Origin: Convolutriloba macropyga
Lineage: Eukaryota
NCBI RefSeq assembly: GCF_964194025.1
Contig: NC_134470.1
Location: forward strand, 39,432,001-39,496,000
Length of the DNA stretch: 64,000 nt
Reading direction: 5' to 3'
The number at the start of each line of letters is the position of its first letter. Positions within the stretch are counted from its first letter, which is position 1. The notes below the pieces were generated by a model, which worked only from the letters and a program-made list of their open reading frames with translations, was not told the origin of the DNA and searched no databases. Made by a program: the position numbers and the translations under genes. This document shows positions 1 through 13,339 of the stretch, piece by piece.

Positions 1-1295
1 GTTGTGATATGTGTTGTTTATGTTGTTATTAACGTAAAAATGTGGCAAAAGATAAACAACAATTGTACAAAAATGAAAATAAAATGGACAAATGTACAAA
101 AATAAAATACTCGGTCTCAAAGCCAAAAAAACCTTTTCTGAAAACATTTAACGCAGTGAATTGAAAATTGAAATTGAATAGAAAATTGATGCAACTTTTT
201 TTGCTGGTACTAAGGTACAAGTTGACTGAAATAAGATAAAAAAATATTGAAAGAGCTCAAAGTTCATTATTTTTTGTTTTCAAAATAGATTTTTTTGATA
301 ATCTTAAAAACAATACGCTTTCAACTGAGAAAACTATATAGAATAACTGTTAGCTCCACAGGACGCCAATTGAACATGTAATTAGCGAGACTAAAATTTA
401 AGACTGCAAAATAACATTAAATGAAAAAATACAAATTTCAAAAAAAAATACCCAGAAAATTGTTAAAGCCATAAAAACTTTGAGCTTTTCAGTGAATTAT
501 TGTGTTTATTGGGCCTCATTTGCACGTAAAATGGTCTGTCGTTAATTGAGAACTCATATGAAATAATTCCGATGTAATAGCTTTCCGGTAATTAACTTGA
601 ATGAAACAAAAACAAACAAACAAAAGGCTGTTGTCCTGAAACAGGTCAATTTCCAAAGGTTAGTGAAATACAATTTTACGACAAAAAAATCCGTATATCG
701 AATATAATTGACTTTTTGATAATTATCGAGTTATATTGGAAAGAAACCGGCAAACATCGAATTTGAGAACACTCTCATAGCAAGCAGAAGTAAATGTAGC
801 CATTTAGAAAACTGTATGAGAAAACTGTATCAGCAGCTTTTAGGTGTGTACTTCCGGCTAATTTAAAAGAAATTTGCTATAGAAGTGGTTTTTTGATGGA
901 AAAATGCTAAATTTTGAAAAATTTAGCCAAAATGTTAGGAAAATTTTTGGATCAAGTTGTTCAACACCTTTGTTTTGTCTTTAAAATTAAAACCATTAAC
1001 ACTTTTTTTGAGAGTTTTAATGTTTTTTGAGCAAAATTGACAACAAATTTGAGCAAAAATATGAAAATTGTGAAGAAAATCCGTCAGATGTTCACAATAC
1101 TTGAAACTTCGATAACTCCATGCACAAAACGAAATTCAGAAAATATTTTAGTGCTATATTCCACTCTGGACGGACTTTCTAATGATACCACGCACAATTC
1201 TCTCCGATGAATATTTATCGATTGGCTAAAATTGACTGAACAAAAAAACCCATTTGAGTATTTAGTTCCTACCCCACCAAGGTGGTTCGGAACAA
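1..1295 (-). mobile_element. HINE/DINE-1-like non-autonomous Helentron, family A, 5' part (runs off the window start)
   Basis: Ends in TAGTTCCTACCCCACCAAGGTGGTTCGGAACAA (1263-1295). Carries the family-A core (TAATGATACC...AAATTGACTGAACAAAAAAACCCATTTGAGTA) also seen at about 7580-7694, 20730-20842 and 49669-49800. Confidence 0.7.
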
Positions 1296-2185
1296 TGCAT
1301 TAATGTTCTTCGCGTCAATAATTGCGATTTAAGAAGGCGGCAATAAATAACCCCAATTTTAGTAATATAGGTCTTGTGACCCTACTTATTTCTCCTGTGC
1401 AGATATGGAGCTCAACTCAGCTGTTTATCAGCAACCAGTCTTTTTCTGGAAAAGAGACAGGCAGTATACAAAACTTAATTTTATTTGCTTTAGGTTTCAG
1501 TTGCTTTGATAGAACGTTTCCAATAGCTACAGTTTTTTCAATAAGCGCGTTCAATTTTACTCAAATGTAAATTTTAGCATGCGTCAAGTATATGATTGTG
1601 GACAGAATTGGTCCATAAAATGTCTTTGGAGTATGATTATAGCAAGTATTTCTATTGCTCTATTTCGTCTTCTTGTGCAATTTGTTGTGCATCGTAACAA
1701 TTTTAGATCAAGTCTCGTGGTTATGACAAAAGCTGCGTAACTCAGCTGATGAAATAACTCTTTAGCGTCTGAGGATTACTATGAAAATCGGAGTGTTAGG
1801 AAATTACTTTCAAATCAAGTACTTCTGCCAATTCTCGTCTTTTGTCATTTGAGGAATGGCGGAAGAAGTTAAATCAGCTAAACTGGCGTAAGTTATGCAC
1901 CCCTTTTGTTTTTGCAAAGAGTTGATGATCACCAGCAAGTTGTTATCGCCGTTCCGTATTTATTAATCAGCTCCGCTTCGCCTAGGAGTTTGACTGCTTC
2001 TCGGTTGCGATAACCACCGTGTGGTAATATTAATTCATATCGACGTGGGTTTTAGTCCGCGCTCACCTTACTGCTTTAAGCTCGTCACTTGAGTTGACGA
2101 GATCTGTTGTTGTACCTATCTGATGGCATTTTACTACTAAACGTCAAATCAACATGGCATCGAAACTGGTGTCACTCTTCAATGT

Positions 2186-2379
2186 AAAAATTTGGATCTT
2201 TTCCGTTTGTGCCCCCCCCCCCAGCTTAGTGGGTGCATATTAGTTGCTCCCTCAGGTGCACGTGCCATATTTATACATGTTGATTTACTATGTAATGACA
2301 CGTGCTCTGTAACTGGGGGATGCATAATGTATTGGGGGGGGGGGGGGGTTTCACAAACGAAAAAGATCCAAAAAATTTT
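2186..2379. repeat. About 190-bp foldback/MITE-like element with polyC/polyG arms
   Basis: TTTGGATCTTTTCCGTTTGTG (2191-2211) pairs with CACAAACGAAAAAGATCCAAA (2352-2372) with 1 mismatch. The arms extend inward as a C-run and a G-run. Confidence 0.6.
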
Positions 2380-4261
2380 AGTGGTCTATAATAAACTATA
2401 TCTTTGACACTTTTCATCGATGACAGGCGGTAGTTTTATATACCAAACCAAATTCTGTTGGCGAATGAACTGAAGAATAAAACAGTGACTGATTCCTGGA
2501 ATGTTCTTCAAAAAAATCGTTAATTTCCTCAGTACGTTTTTGAATTTATAATTTTAAGAACGCAATCTTTTTTCCCATTCCTAATATACTTCCATTCTGT
2601 TTTTTTTTGTTTTCGGTTGTCTCTCCTAATTATTTATATTCTTTCTTGAAGATTTGAAATTTTGAAAATGATGTTTATCAGGAGTAATTTCTAGCATAGC
2701 CGTCTGAATGATAACTTTTTCTCGATATGGGGCAGAATTTTCCTTAAAAAATTCATGACGTGAAGATGTCCAATGGCTTTCTCTGTGAAGTGCAATTTGT
2801 ACCCACTGAATGCCTGCATTGCAAAAATATACGACTCGATGAGTAGAGGCTATAGGCGGTTTTTTTTAGCTGAAGCACATCTGTTCACAGCTCCAACTTT
2901 TAGGTTTTACTTTTTGAACATTAGTTCTCTTATGATCGTTGGGCAATGTTATTCAGAAAACACTCAGCTGAATTCAATAATAAAGTAGTTAGAAACGTAG
3001 TCACGTCTTAACGGTCCTCATTTTTTCCTCGAGCATTTCTTACATGCATCTACTTCCATCAACACACTCACAGACCTCACCCTCCTACCTGCCACCGAAG
3101 TCCCCCCTCTCCCCCTCAACAACCACCCCTTTTTTCTGGAATAATACTTGGCAATACGCTCTCCCTTTTTGCTGTTTCTAATTATATGGGTTCTAGAGTT
3201 TCATTTGCACGAATCGTTAAGCGGTTTCCTGTAATCTACATTTATATGCAATTTTTTGCTTATCATTTTTTTCCATATTAACACTTGATTTTTGTCCTTG
3301 AAAGCGAGATAGAAACTGGTAAAGTCTGAGGGCTTTAAGTCTGGTGGTATACATATCGGTGGTATTAATAAACTGTATCTAAGTGCACTCTTCACGAAAA
3401 CTACTGCGAAAACATAAATTTATGGTATTAAAGGCAATTTTATAGGTTCGGAATCCTTTTTCTAAACACAGGATCTTACAGTAATGATAGCAGTTATAAG
3501 TTTAAGCTAGCAAAGACCAAAACGTACCCGGGAGCAGTCGTTTGAAAACAGTTTGCACGACATTTGTAAGTTATACTAAAATTGATATTCTGCCAGACAT
3601 CACTTTATCTGGAAGAATTTACTTTGAAGTGTCAATATCCACCTTTTCTCAGGCTGGTGAACAATCCGCGGGGATTGGGCTGCTAGATTGAGAGTAAAGA
3701 GGCACATTAGCAGACGAAGAAGTTCTCTTCTGATTGATTTGAATTTGGATCCGAAGAATCGTGATGAACAGACTTCAATAAATCCAGAGCTAATAGTGGT
3801 CTGATCCAAAGTGCAATCTTCATGCATGTGTTTTGGACTCGGACTGGACATAATGTCGAAACAGTTGCTAATACGGAGCTTAATGTTCAACGAATGCATC
3901 AAAAAGATGATTAGAAAACCATACTTGAAGGATTGGAACTAAATACCATCGAGATTGTAATGCACCGCTCATGGGCTCGGAGTGACCGTTACGTTTCATC
4001 AAGATTCGTTCTGCGATCTGACTGATGATCATTTCAGCAGCCTCGTGAATCATCTGCTCGTTTCCAATTTGATATGACAGTTATTTTCACAAAACGTTGT
4101 CACTTACGTTATTGTCACAACACTGGATAGTGCTTCAGTTAAATTATCATTTTTGTGCTGTACGGAGCACTTAGCTGAAAACTGGAGATTTTGAAAGCCT
4201 GAGCAAACGAATGGCTAAATATTTGTCAATTAATTTTAAGGCCTATTTGTTCGCAACTCTT

Positions 4262-7200
4262 AACAAGGCGGATCGTTAATGTGCGGTCGCACATGATGTT
4301 CCGACCCGACCTCATCTACATTTTTGACTTAATCGTCAACCAAATGAAGAAATAACAAAAATAGATGTTTGAGTTTAAAACAATCGTTACACAACCCATC
4401 TACTAATTGAATTACATAATGCCATGCCTTATTACAACGCCAATGAGATCCAACATTAAAGAGACTACGAGGCAAAAAACAACCAAACAAAAAAGCAAAA
4501 ACGAAAATTTCACGGCAAAAACTGAATATATAAATTTAAAAGCACATAGTAACAAAGTCAAAATGCAGTCAGATAAAAACTTAACTACTCGAACTTAATT
4601 TCTCCTATTTATACAGCGGATAGTAAGTTTTATTAATGCGACTAAGTTACAAGTCAACAAAGAGAAGGATCAATGAGGCGAAATTCAGAAATTAATCAAC
4701 ATTTTTTAAACCAAGAAATTTCAAAAGTCTTAAAAATCATTAGCTTTTAACTTAATAATCCATGATAAATTACTTAAAAGTTACTACAAAACCAAATGGC
4801 CTTGTCTTTGGGTAGTTTAAGACGTAGAAACGAACCAAAGAAAAACTTAAAATATTGGAAATGTTTGCGAAAACACAAACTATTGCTACCATTAAAATCA
4901 TTAGCTATTATCTGAATATTATGTATTTTTAATTCAATTCTTATTTCTACAAATTCAGCTGCAGGAATTATACTGAGAGATTAATTAAGTTTATTTGGGC
5001 CACATTTGTAAACCATTGGGATCTGTTACTACGCGATTGTTCTGCAAGAAGAGAAAAAGAAGCGCAAAAAATGACCACTCAAAAAACGTTTATAAAAACG
5101 CATACTGTCCAACAAACAAAGCATCGGTGAAATTTAATATCAGTAGTTATGTTGGTTTTTGGAATACAAGAAATTGGATGTGACCTCTCATTGATGAAAT
5201 TAAGTTACAATATGAAAAGAACAACAAAAACTGAAAATGTTTGAAAAAGTATATCCTAAAATTTAAGACTAAAGGCTATAAACTGACTAACTGATTCGGG
5301 TAACATCATTTATTCGATCCTCAATTACAACCTTAAGAGACTTGTCAGCAATTTACGGCCACCTAAAGAACAAAAACATGCAAAAACAGCAATTTCAAGA
5401 AAAAAATTGTGCGAGAAAAAGGTTCGAAGGCATTAGAAAATGAACTTTTCACGAAATACTTTTATATGTTCAATTACTTCCTTAACAGCAATGGCATTCC
5501 TCTTTTTTATCAATACAGTTTCAAAAAATCAAATGATTAAATACATTAGAACCATGAAATTTTTGAGAAAACTTGTAGTATCAACGCCATTAATTTCACT
5601 ACCTTTCAATGGAATCCATTAATTACGCTAAATTATGCCTCCATGGGACAACGAGTTTGTTTGCCAATCATATTTGGTCAATATGATCTTACAACAAGTT
5701 ATTGAAGATGAAAACAACAACAAAGACAGGCAACAACCAAAAATTCAATTGAAAAGTGCAAGAAGAAAGTGTCAAAGCAATTTAAATCATAATATCTTCT
5801 CTGAAAACTTTATATATGATCCATTGAACGTCTTCCCTAAACCAATGAGTACCATCAGTATTGGGATATTGTGATAAGATTTCAAAAGGATCCAAAAATA
5901 AGAAAAAGTAACCGAAAGTTTAAAAAAAAATATGAAAACTAGTGGCATTGAAGTTTTAAAACTATTAGTTAGGTAGAAGATGAAAACGCTAACCAGATTA
6001 AATTTGGCTGCACTAGAAAAAAAATTGGTTCATGCAAGTACTAAGACTGACTAACAGTCCACGAAAAAAAGTTTAGGATCGGTTAATGTTCAAAAAAAAT
6101 TCGAAAAACGTCTTTTCCAAACTTAACAGCCATTAAACACAGAAGCTTTTAACGGAGGCCAATAACTACGCTCAGAAGAAAAACGATAGCAGGAAAAAGA
6201 TGTTTGTCATGCATAGATAATCAAAAACAGATCACAATAAGTCTTAAGACTATGAAAACAACAACGAAAACAGGCGAAATCCAAAATTCAGTAGAAAAGT
6301 GGGAGAAGAAATTTTCGAAGCCATGTAAACCATTAGCTTTTCTGTGAAAACTTTATCTGTGATCCTCTGAATGTCTTTTCCAAGCCAATGAGATTAGAAT
6401 AATATTTGTATAATGTGTATAATATTTGGATAATGTGATAAGACTTCAAAAGTAACCAATAATACAAAAATATCCAATTTTTTTTTAAAATTTTTAATTC
6501 TTGTGTTATTGAAGTCATATAATCAATGACTATGAAAACAACAACAAAAACAGGCACAAACCAAAAATTCACTAGAGAAGTGCGAGAAGAAAAGGTCGAA
6601 GCCATTTGAAACCATAGGCTTTTCTCTGAAAAACTTATCTGTGATCCACTAAACGTCTTTTTTTAAGCCAATAGGAGCTGTCAATTTTAGGATAATGTGA
6701 TAAGATTTAAAAAGTAACCAATAATACCGAAATATTAAAAAAAAATCAAAACTTTTCGAAATATTCTATCATTGAAGTCATATTACTAAAAGTTAGAAAA
6801 TAAAACCACCAGCAGGATCAAATTTGGTTACAGTAGGACGGAGGAGGGTGCTCTCATCAAAGAGAATGACATACAGTTCACGATAATAAATTTATGATTG
6901 GTTAATATTTGAAAAAATCATCGAAAAATTATTTTTAAATTCTTTAAGTCTTAATAGCCATTAGCTGTCCACTCAAAGCACTAGATATGCTCACTTAAAT
7001 CTCATTACGGAACATATTGCACTGATAGTCAATGAGTTCATGCCATAAGACTCCAAAAAATTAGTAAAACCTCAAAACGAAATTCAAAATTTCATTTAAA
7101 ATTACGAAAACTCAGTCGAATTTAAAAAAAAAACATGAGCAGTTCCTTGAAAACGATTTTTTTGTTCATTGGGCTTCATTTGACTGTAAAGGAATTTTGT

Positions 7201-7694
7201 CATTAACGGAACCTCGATATGAAAAGTGACTTGTCTCTAGGTGAAATAAAAAACAAAAAAAGTGGAAAAGTTCTATAAAAAAGAGCTCTCAGATAGATTT
7301 CGAATTTTTTTTTTATTTTGAAGCTTCCTATGAGACCAGAACTAATCTTTTTTTATTTCGTTTAGCCTATTAGGAACACGAAATTGGTTCATTTTTTGGC
7401 AAGAAATTTAAGTTTGAAATACTATTTTTATAGAAAATATCTTAATTTGAAGAAAAATCACACTAAAAGTGATCAAATGTCCCGTGTTCACACAAAACTT
7501 CAATCCTCGATAACTCCTCGAAAAAAAAAGAAAATCAAAAAAATCTTTTTAATTTTGAATTCTACGCTGGACCAGCTTTTTAATGATACCACTCACATTT
7601 CTCTGCGATGAATATATCGACCGGCCAAAATTGACTGAACAAAAAAACCCATTTGAGTATATAGTTCCTCCCCCCACAAGTGGGGTCGGAACAA
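4262..7694 (-). mobile_element. HINE/DINE-1-like element, family A, full length (about 3.4 kb, non-coding)
   Basis: Left end AACAAG..AATGTGCG-GT-CGCACAT-GATGTTCCGACCC (terminal CTTGTT on the minus strand, hairpin, subTIR). Right end TATAGTTCCTCCCCCACAAGTGGGGTCGGAACAA (subTIR plus inverted copy). Same layout as Drosophila DINE-1. Internal ~280-bp subrepeats (about 6250 and 6530). Confidence 0.8.
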
Positions 7695-8819
7695 GAATTT
7701 TTAGCTTGTCTGTCTGGCAGTATACGCAACAGAGTTCTTGCCAAAGCATCGCTATCATTACTCAGGCCAATGATTTCACTGCCAGATATCAGCATTTCAA
7801 TGAAAACCTTAGGTAATTTATGCTGTTATGTTTCCCTTCATGCATGTTTGACAGCACTTGTTGCCAATGACAGCAGTGTAGCTAATGACTGTCTTTGGCA
7901 ATAAGTGAAAAACTGATGAAAGTTGATGAGACTAGTCTGTCTAGTTTTTATCATTGCTTTGTCTACAATGCCAGTCTTAGTTTAAGAATAAAAGCAGTTT
8001 TAATTACGCGGAATTACGTACTTGACCACAATCATTTTTGTTTCGGTTTTGCCATCGTCTTTACATATCAATAGTGTTGAAAAAGTTGAGCAAATTTTAG
8101 AGCATATGCACTTGATGTATATGCAAAATCTATGCTAGCCTCCTAGGATGCCTGAAGTTTTCTGAAATTTTAAACCCTCTCAACTCACCCTCACCCACTC
8201 CATTTCGAACTGAAAAATTCTGATAAAGTAGTTTTAAAAACTCTTTCTCTTTTCAATGCCTTTGGGTTTAGTTTTTGATCGATACAGCGTAGCTAATGTG
8301 GAATAGCCATGTTCCTCGCATGCAATAGCTCTCGTGAAGTATAAAAACGTTTTGATTGCTGCTCAAATTTTGAGCTCAAGAAACCAGTTTCTACATTGTG
8401 TTGGATGTTAGATAACAATCTGTAGAAAAATGCCTACTTTCTACCAAATATAGCTGATGTTCGTGATCAGTGTTATAACGTAGTGAGACTAGTTGTTTTT
8501 AGGTTTTGCAATATTACCTTCTCCATAAAGAGCTGGCATCAACAATAAGAAAATTAAACCCGAAAACTGCAATATGATGATGCGCTCCAATGCTGATTGT
8601 TATTTATGCCCAATTTTCAATTGAAGTCGTTGAAAGCGCAAAGTTCAAACTCATATATTTTATGTATTCATCAATTTATTGGCTAAGAAATGTGCAAATT
8701 GAAAAACAAGTGTATGGGTTCTCTATGAGATAAATTGAAATCCAGATTGTGGGGGTCCTTTCACAAAAGAGACCAGAATCTTCTGTGCTGATCTCTCCCT
8801 TACGTTTAATAGGCTCCAA

Positions 8820-11030
8820 GATTTTGGGCAAGTTTGGCAGTCGCAGGCAAACAGCCACGTGCACGACTTGTCTTCGTTTTTTTTAGATCTTTCAAATTGC
8901 CAGAAGAAAGCTGTTGTTCGTTTCTGAAGTCATAGAGGCTCGAAAAGATTCACGTATGATGGTAGATGAGTCGCAACTCTGCATGTTCTAAAGCAGATTT
9001 CGATGCGGTTTTTTTCCGTTCTAACTTTTGGCACATCTAATTTATAGACCATTGCCTTTTTGTACGAGGCATCCCATAGCACTGGCTTTGATTTGTCTTC
9101 ATTATAGATCTTTAAGAGTTGAAAAAGTTCTGGGAGTTGGCAGTAGAGCGATATAGGCAGCAGATTGGTTTTCATTAGCATTTTTGGATTGAGGATGTGT
9201 AATAACTTAACACCCATTTCTGGACTCTCTGAACTGTTTCGGGTTGCTTGGTTAGTGAAGGCACAGTGACGCATAATTTACAATAGACAGAATATTCGAA
9301 TTGTAAAATAAATTTTGGCTTTTTTATTGAGAGTTGTTGTGTTTTGTAAATTAGTTTTTACAGTTTTCATTTCGTCAATGTGTGTGCTCCAATTTAGATA
9401 TGACTTACGTAGACTGCAAGGCCAGTTGTTTCAAGTACTCTGATAGGCTGAGGGATTCAGTATTCTAAACAAAATTTCTGCTCGAATCACGAAATTGGAA
9501 AACTCGTTTTTCCCTTTTTCAAATAACATTCATTTCTCAAGTTCCATTTGTCAAAATGCTTTAGGTCCAGGCTTATTTTTATTTTATTATTAGTTGTCGT
9601 TATGACTTTCAAATCAACAGGAAATAATACGCTGGAAGGATTTTTGAATATCTCCGGCTGGTCGTTGATGAAGAAACAGAACAAAATTGGTCACAGTAAG
9701 TATTAAAGCCTGTGGGACACCACTAGTTATATCTAATTTCACTGAATTTGCCCATCCGAGGCGTCTCTAATGTTCTCTGTCCTTGAGTTTGTTTGTTAGC
9801 AATTCGAAGAAACAGCCGCCCACACCAGCCTATATTAGTTCGCATAAAATTTCATTGTGTGGTACTCTGTCCAACTAAAACTCTTGAAACCAATTATACT
9901 CTGCTATTCTTATAATCGGCTGGGTATCTGAAAGACGACTGGAAGTACCTCTGTGCGTTTTCTTGAATGTTTTATTCTGTTTCTTTATGAAAGATCAGGG
10001 TGTCGGGAATCTGATATTTATTCATAGACTTGAAATGTTAGAAGAGAACATTTTCCTCTGAGATTGGAAAAATGATTTTGGTAATCCGTTTTGTCTTTCT
10101 CTACTTCTTCGAGCGAAAGGTTGTCATTTTTGAGTAATTTGGTCGGTTGGAGAGCGGGAATTTTTGCCTGACTTGTTTCAAGATATTTTTGGTCTGTACA
10201 TATCGGGGATCTTTTGCCTGTTTCCTCCTTCGTGGTACTAACAGTTCCTTTACTTTGTCACCATATTGAAACTACACTGGTTTAAGGTGGTTTTGAGTCA
10301 TGTGCTCTCGCATTGATTCGTGTTCTGCAAAGCCAAAGCTGCTATAGCTTTTGGGGATAGGCATTGGTTTATTTATAGTGATAGAAAAGAGTTTGAGTTT
10401 GTGTTGTGACATTTCGTGCAGCTCTGGGAATTTAAAGTCGATGCTGGCTGTTGTAACTTGAATATTTGCAAAAATTACATCCAGTAATTTTCCCACACGT
10501 CGGTAATTTGATAACTTGTTCCGCGTTTTAATTGTCAATTACGTTCAAGATATTTTGTTCTTCAATACTAGTGCTCAGGATTGTGTTCCAATTTGTTTGC
10601 AGATAGTTTGTCGCCACTTACGATGATGGATATGTCTTCGAAAAGAGACAGAGAGTGGACTGAAAATTCGTAATCGTCAATTGTATAAATGTATTTGCTA
10701 CCATTTGGGGGGTTATAAAAAGTGCAGAGAATAATTTTTTTTGAAGAGTTTTAGTTGGACAGCAACACAACAGCTTGGAAGATCGACTTCAAGTTTCTTT
10801 GAAGTAATGCATTTTTTCTCAGCAATTAGAACACCACCGAGGCTTGACGAAACGTCCTGCGGCGTCAGGGAGTTGTTTATAACGTCGTGCCAGATGAGGA
10901 TTCTGGGGTTCTTTAAGGGTTCACAGCAAAACCGGGGATTGTGGGGATTAGGCAAATGTCTTTTGCAAGGATTCGGCTCTTCTGTCGTTGCGTATGTCAT
11001 TGCTTGTTATTTATAAGGAACTGGCGGCAG
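8820..11030 (-). mobile_element. Decayed non-LTR retrotransposon ORF2 (APE endonuclease + RT; CR1/L2/Jockey-like)
   Basis: Minus-strand motifs in the expected order across frameshifts. Endonuclease: GGVLIA, CTFYNP, IVSGD, LDVIFAN, SQHKL (SDH-like). RT: DRVPHNE, GVGGC, ITSGVPQ, LFCFFINDQP, LFPVDLK. C-terminus: TWLFACDCQTC. Confidence 0.85.
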
Positions 11031-13339
11031 CAATATGTAGTTGCATTCAGGTTCTGTCCTTAAAATCACAACGAGAATTCTCCCACAGATATCTAAGGAA
11101 ATTATCACTCCAATCTGTTTCGTGCAAAAGTATTATAAATCTAATCTGCAATTTATCAAGTTAGATTGAAATTTTGTGATTTTCCGTCACGAATATTTCA
11201 ATTATACAATATTCGCTGATGCAGAAAGAAAACAGGGATAGAACATATATCGAAAGTCAAAATATGGAAGTATCAGTGGAAACGGCAAAACCAACCGCTG
11301 TGGGTATTTAATACAAAAACATCCCCATTGGTTTCATCTGCTGAAACTGCTTGTTTTTGCTTGCGGACTACCAAGTTCACTTTTTAAAACTTGCATGCAA
11401 CAACAGTTCATACAGAAGCTATGCATTACCATAAGGAACGCTGAAGATTTTAGGATTAAGAGTTGGTAGTATTTTAGCCTAATTTGTTAAAGCTCGCCAA
11501 GGAACGTTAATCATACGTTAACTTCTGACGTATCGGCTCAGAACATCTAATTAGGTCCGAACATGCGATGAAAGAGCTGAAACAGCTATGGAAGGTTTCT
11601 GCGCAATCGATAGAAGTTTAAAAATCGTTGTTAAAGACGAGGATCAACGCCTGTAGAAGTTATGTCGGTCCAATGCTCAATTGCAACTCTTTGCTATCGA
11701 AGTTGGGCACGGCAGACCTTTAAATATTTATAGCTAACAGAAACTGAGGGTATTCAAGTCACAGACGTGCGAATCAGACTTTTGGTTGTGCGCATTCCAG
11801 CTAGCCAATCAATTAAATGACCTCCTCAAAATCGAAATCTTATTCAACAAACGCTATAAAAAGAAGCTCCTAGATTATGTTTTTTTAATATTTCATGTAA
11901 AAAATACTAAAACATCTGGATAACTATATGCTGATATAGAATTTTCAAAGAAGTGGAAAACCAAGCTTCTCATAGAGCTATGAAATATAAGTGTCTCAAG
12001 ACTGCATGATGACCTGCTATTATTAATAGCTGCGACATCAAAAACGGAGTAACAGCTGCAATTAATTCAAGTCAAGTTAGGATAGCTCACTAAATGAAGA
12101 TCGTTCGAATCGCTATTCAAGCACTTTTGTAAATCTGCGAAACGAAAGATCAAGTCCTTTAAAAGTAATTCATTTACATTTTTGTTTTCCTTTTCGAGTT
12201 TTACGCACTTGTTGGCCGGAGCTATCTTTCGTGGTGCTATGGGAGTTTGATTTGTACGTTTGTTTGTTTTTTAGTTTGTTTAGCTCTGAATCAAAAATAT
12301 TGTTAGAGGTTCCTGATAAGAATAACTCAGAAATATCATGCTCAATTTAATGTGATGTCAAAACCTTTAAATAAGAAAACTCTACGAAAACTCTCTAAGA
12401 AGTCTCTACTTCTGACAAAGGTTTCGAGTCCATGAATTGTAATTTGTTTTCTTGAAGCACTCTTTTTGCTAGGCTCTGAAAAGGCGCATCCAAAAAACAA
12501 AAAGTTTACTGAAGCCTCTTCACTTCCTCTAAAATCTTTACCTAGCTGGGAACGAATATTGGAATGCGTTTAGGAAAAGCATGATTGAAAACCAAGAGAA
12601 ATTTTGCCACCTCATAGAAATGAAACTAGTTATTTGTGCTAGTTGGAACACGATTTGTTTTCCTAATTCTAATCGCAATTTATTTGTTTGTTAGATCGAA
12701 GCATGAGCTTAAAACGTGGCACAGAAGCATACGGGACATCTTCATTTCACGAGAGCAATAAAGTCTATTTTTGCTCGGGGTATGACTCCTTTTTAGAGTG
12801 TTTTGTAGATTGATGCAGAGTTGACATACACCTGACGAGTAAATGAAATACTTTAATTGATATTTGCTGATTGTTGAAAATAAGCATGTATCTTTGAATA
12901 TAAAGATTCGTTACGCTCTGGCGACTTTGATGTTAGTTTACCACTGCACTTGGCTATGAATTGAATGAGTTCGCACAGCTGAAAGAGTTGGCCTATACTA
13001 GCCTGGCTTTTCTTTATCTCCATATTACTGGGAGATTCTATAAGCGCCGGGCTCAATGGTTGAAAAATTGTTAATCATAATTCGTCTTAGCAACTGTCCT
13101 CCACTTACAATGACCTAATGCAAATGAATAGAAACGGAACATCTTTGATTTTGGTCTCCAACTTCAATTTTTCCAACCGATTGCTGACGTTAAGCTAGTA
13201 TCACGCTTTAGCTTTTGTCTGGTTGATAAGAATAAAAATGGCAAAATATTTCACGGAGTGAAGTTGTGTAATTTCAGTCACTACCTCTACCGCACTACCG
13301 TTTAGTCGCTTAAATACAGCGCCCTATTAAATTAGAATT

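Noticed and set aside
1300-4200. Possible decayed coding fragments (about 1320-2050 and 3600-4060; similarly 11100-13300 and 26820-27300)
   Set aside because: Multiple stops and no recognisable motif, so no call can be supported.
7583-7816. Recurring peptide YIDRPKLTEQKNPFEYIVPPP (also at 49665, 50679, 52803, 54962) as a small multicopy gene family
   Set aside because: It is a chance translation of the family-A terminal core. Starts, ends and frames differ between copies, and it is broken in others.
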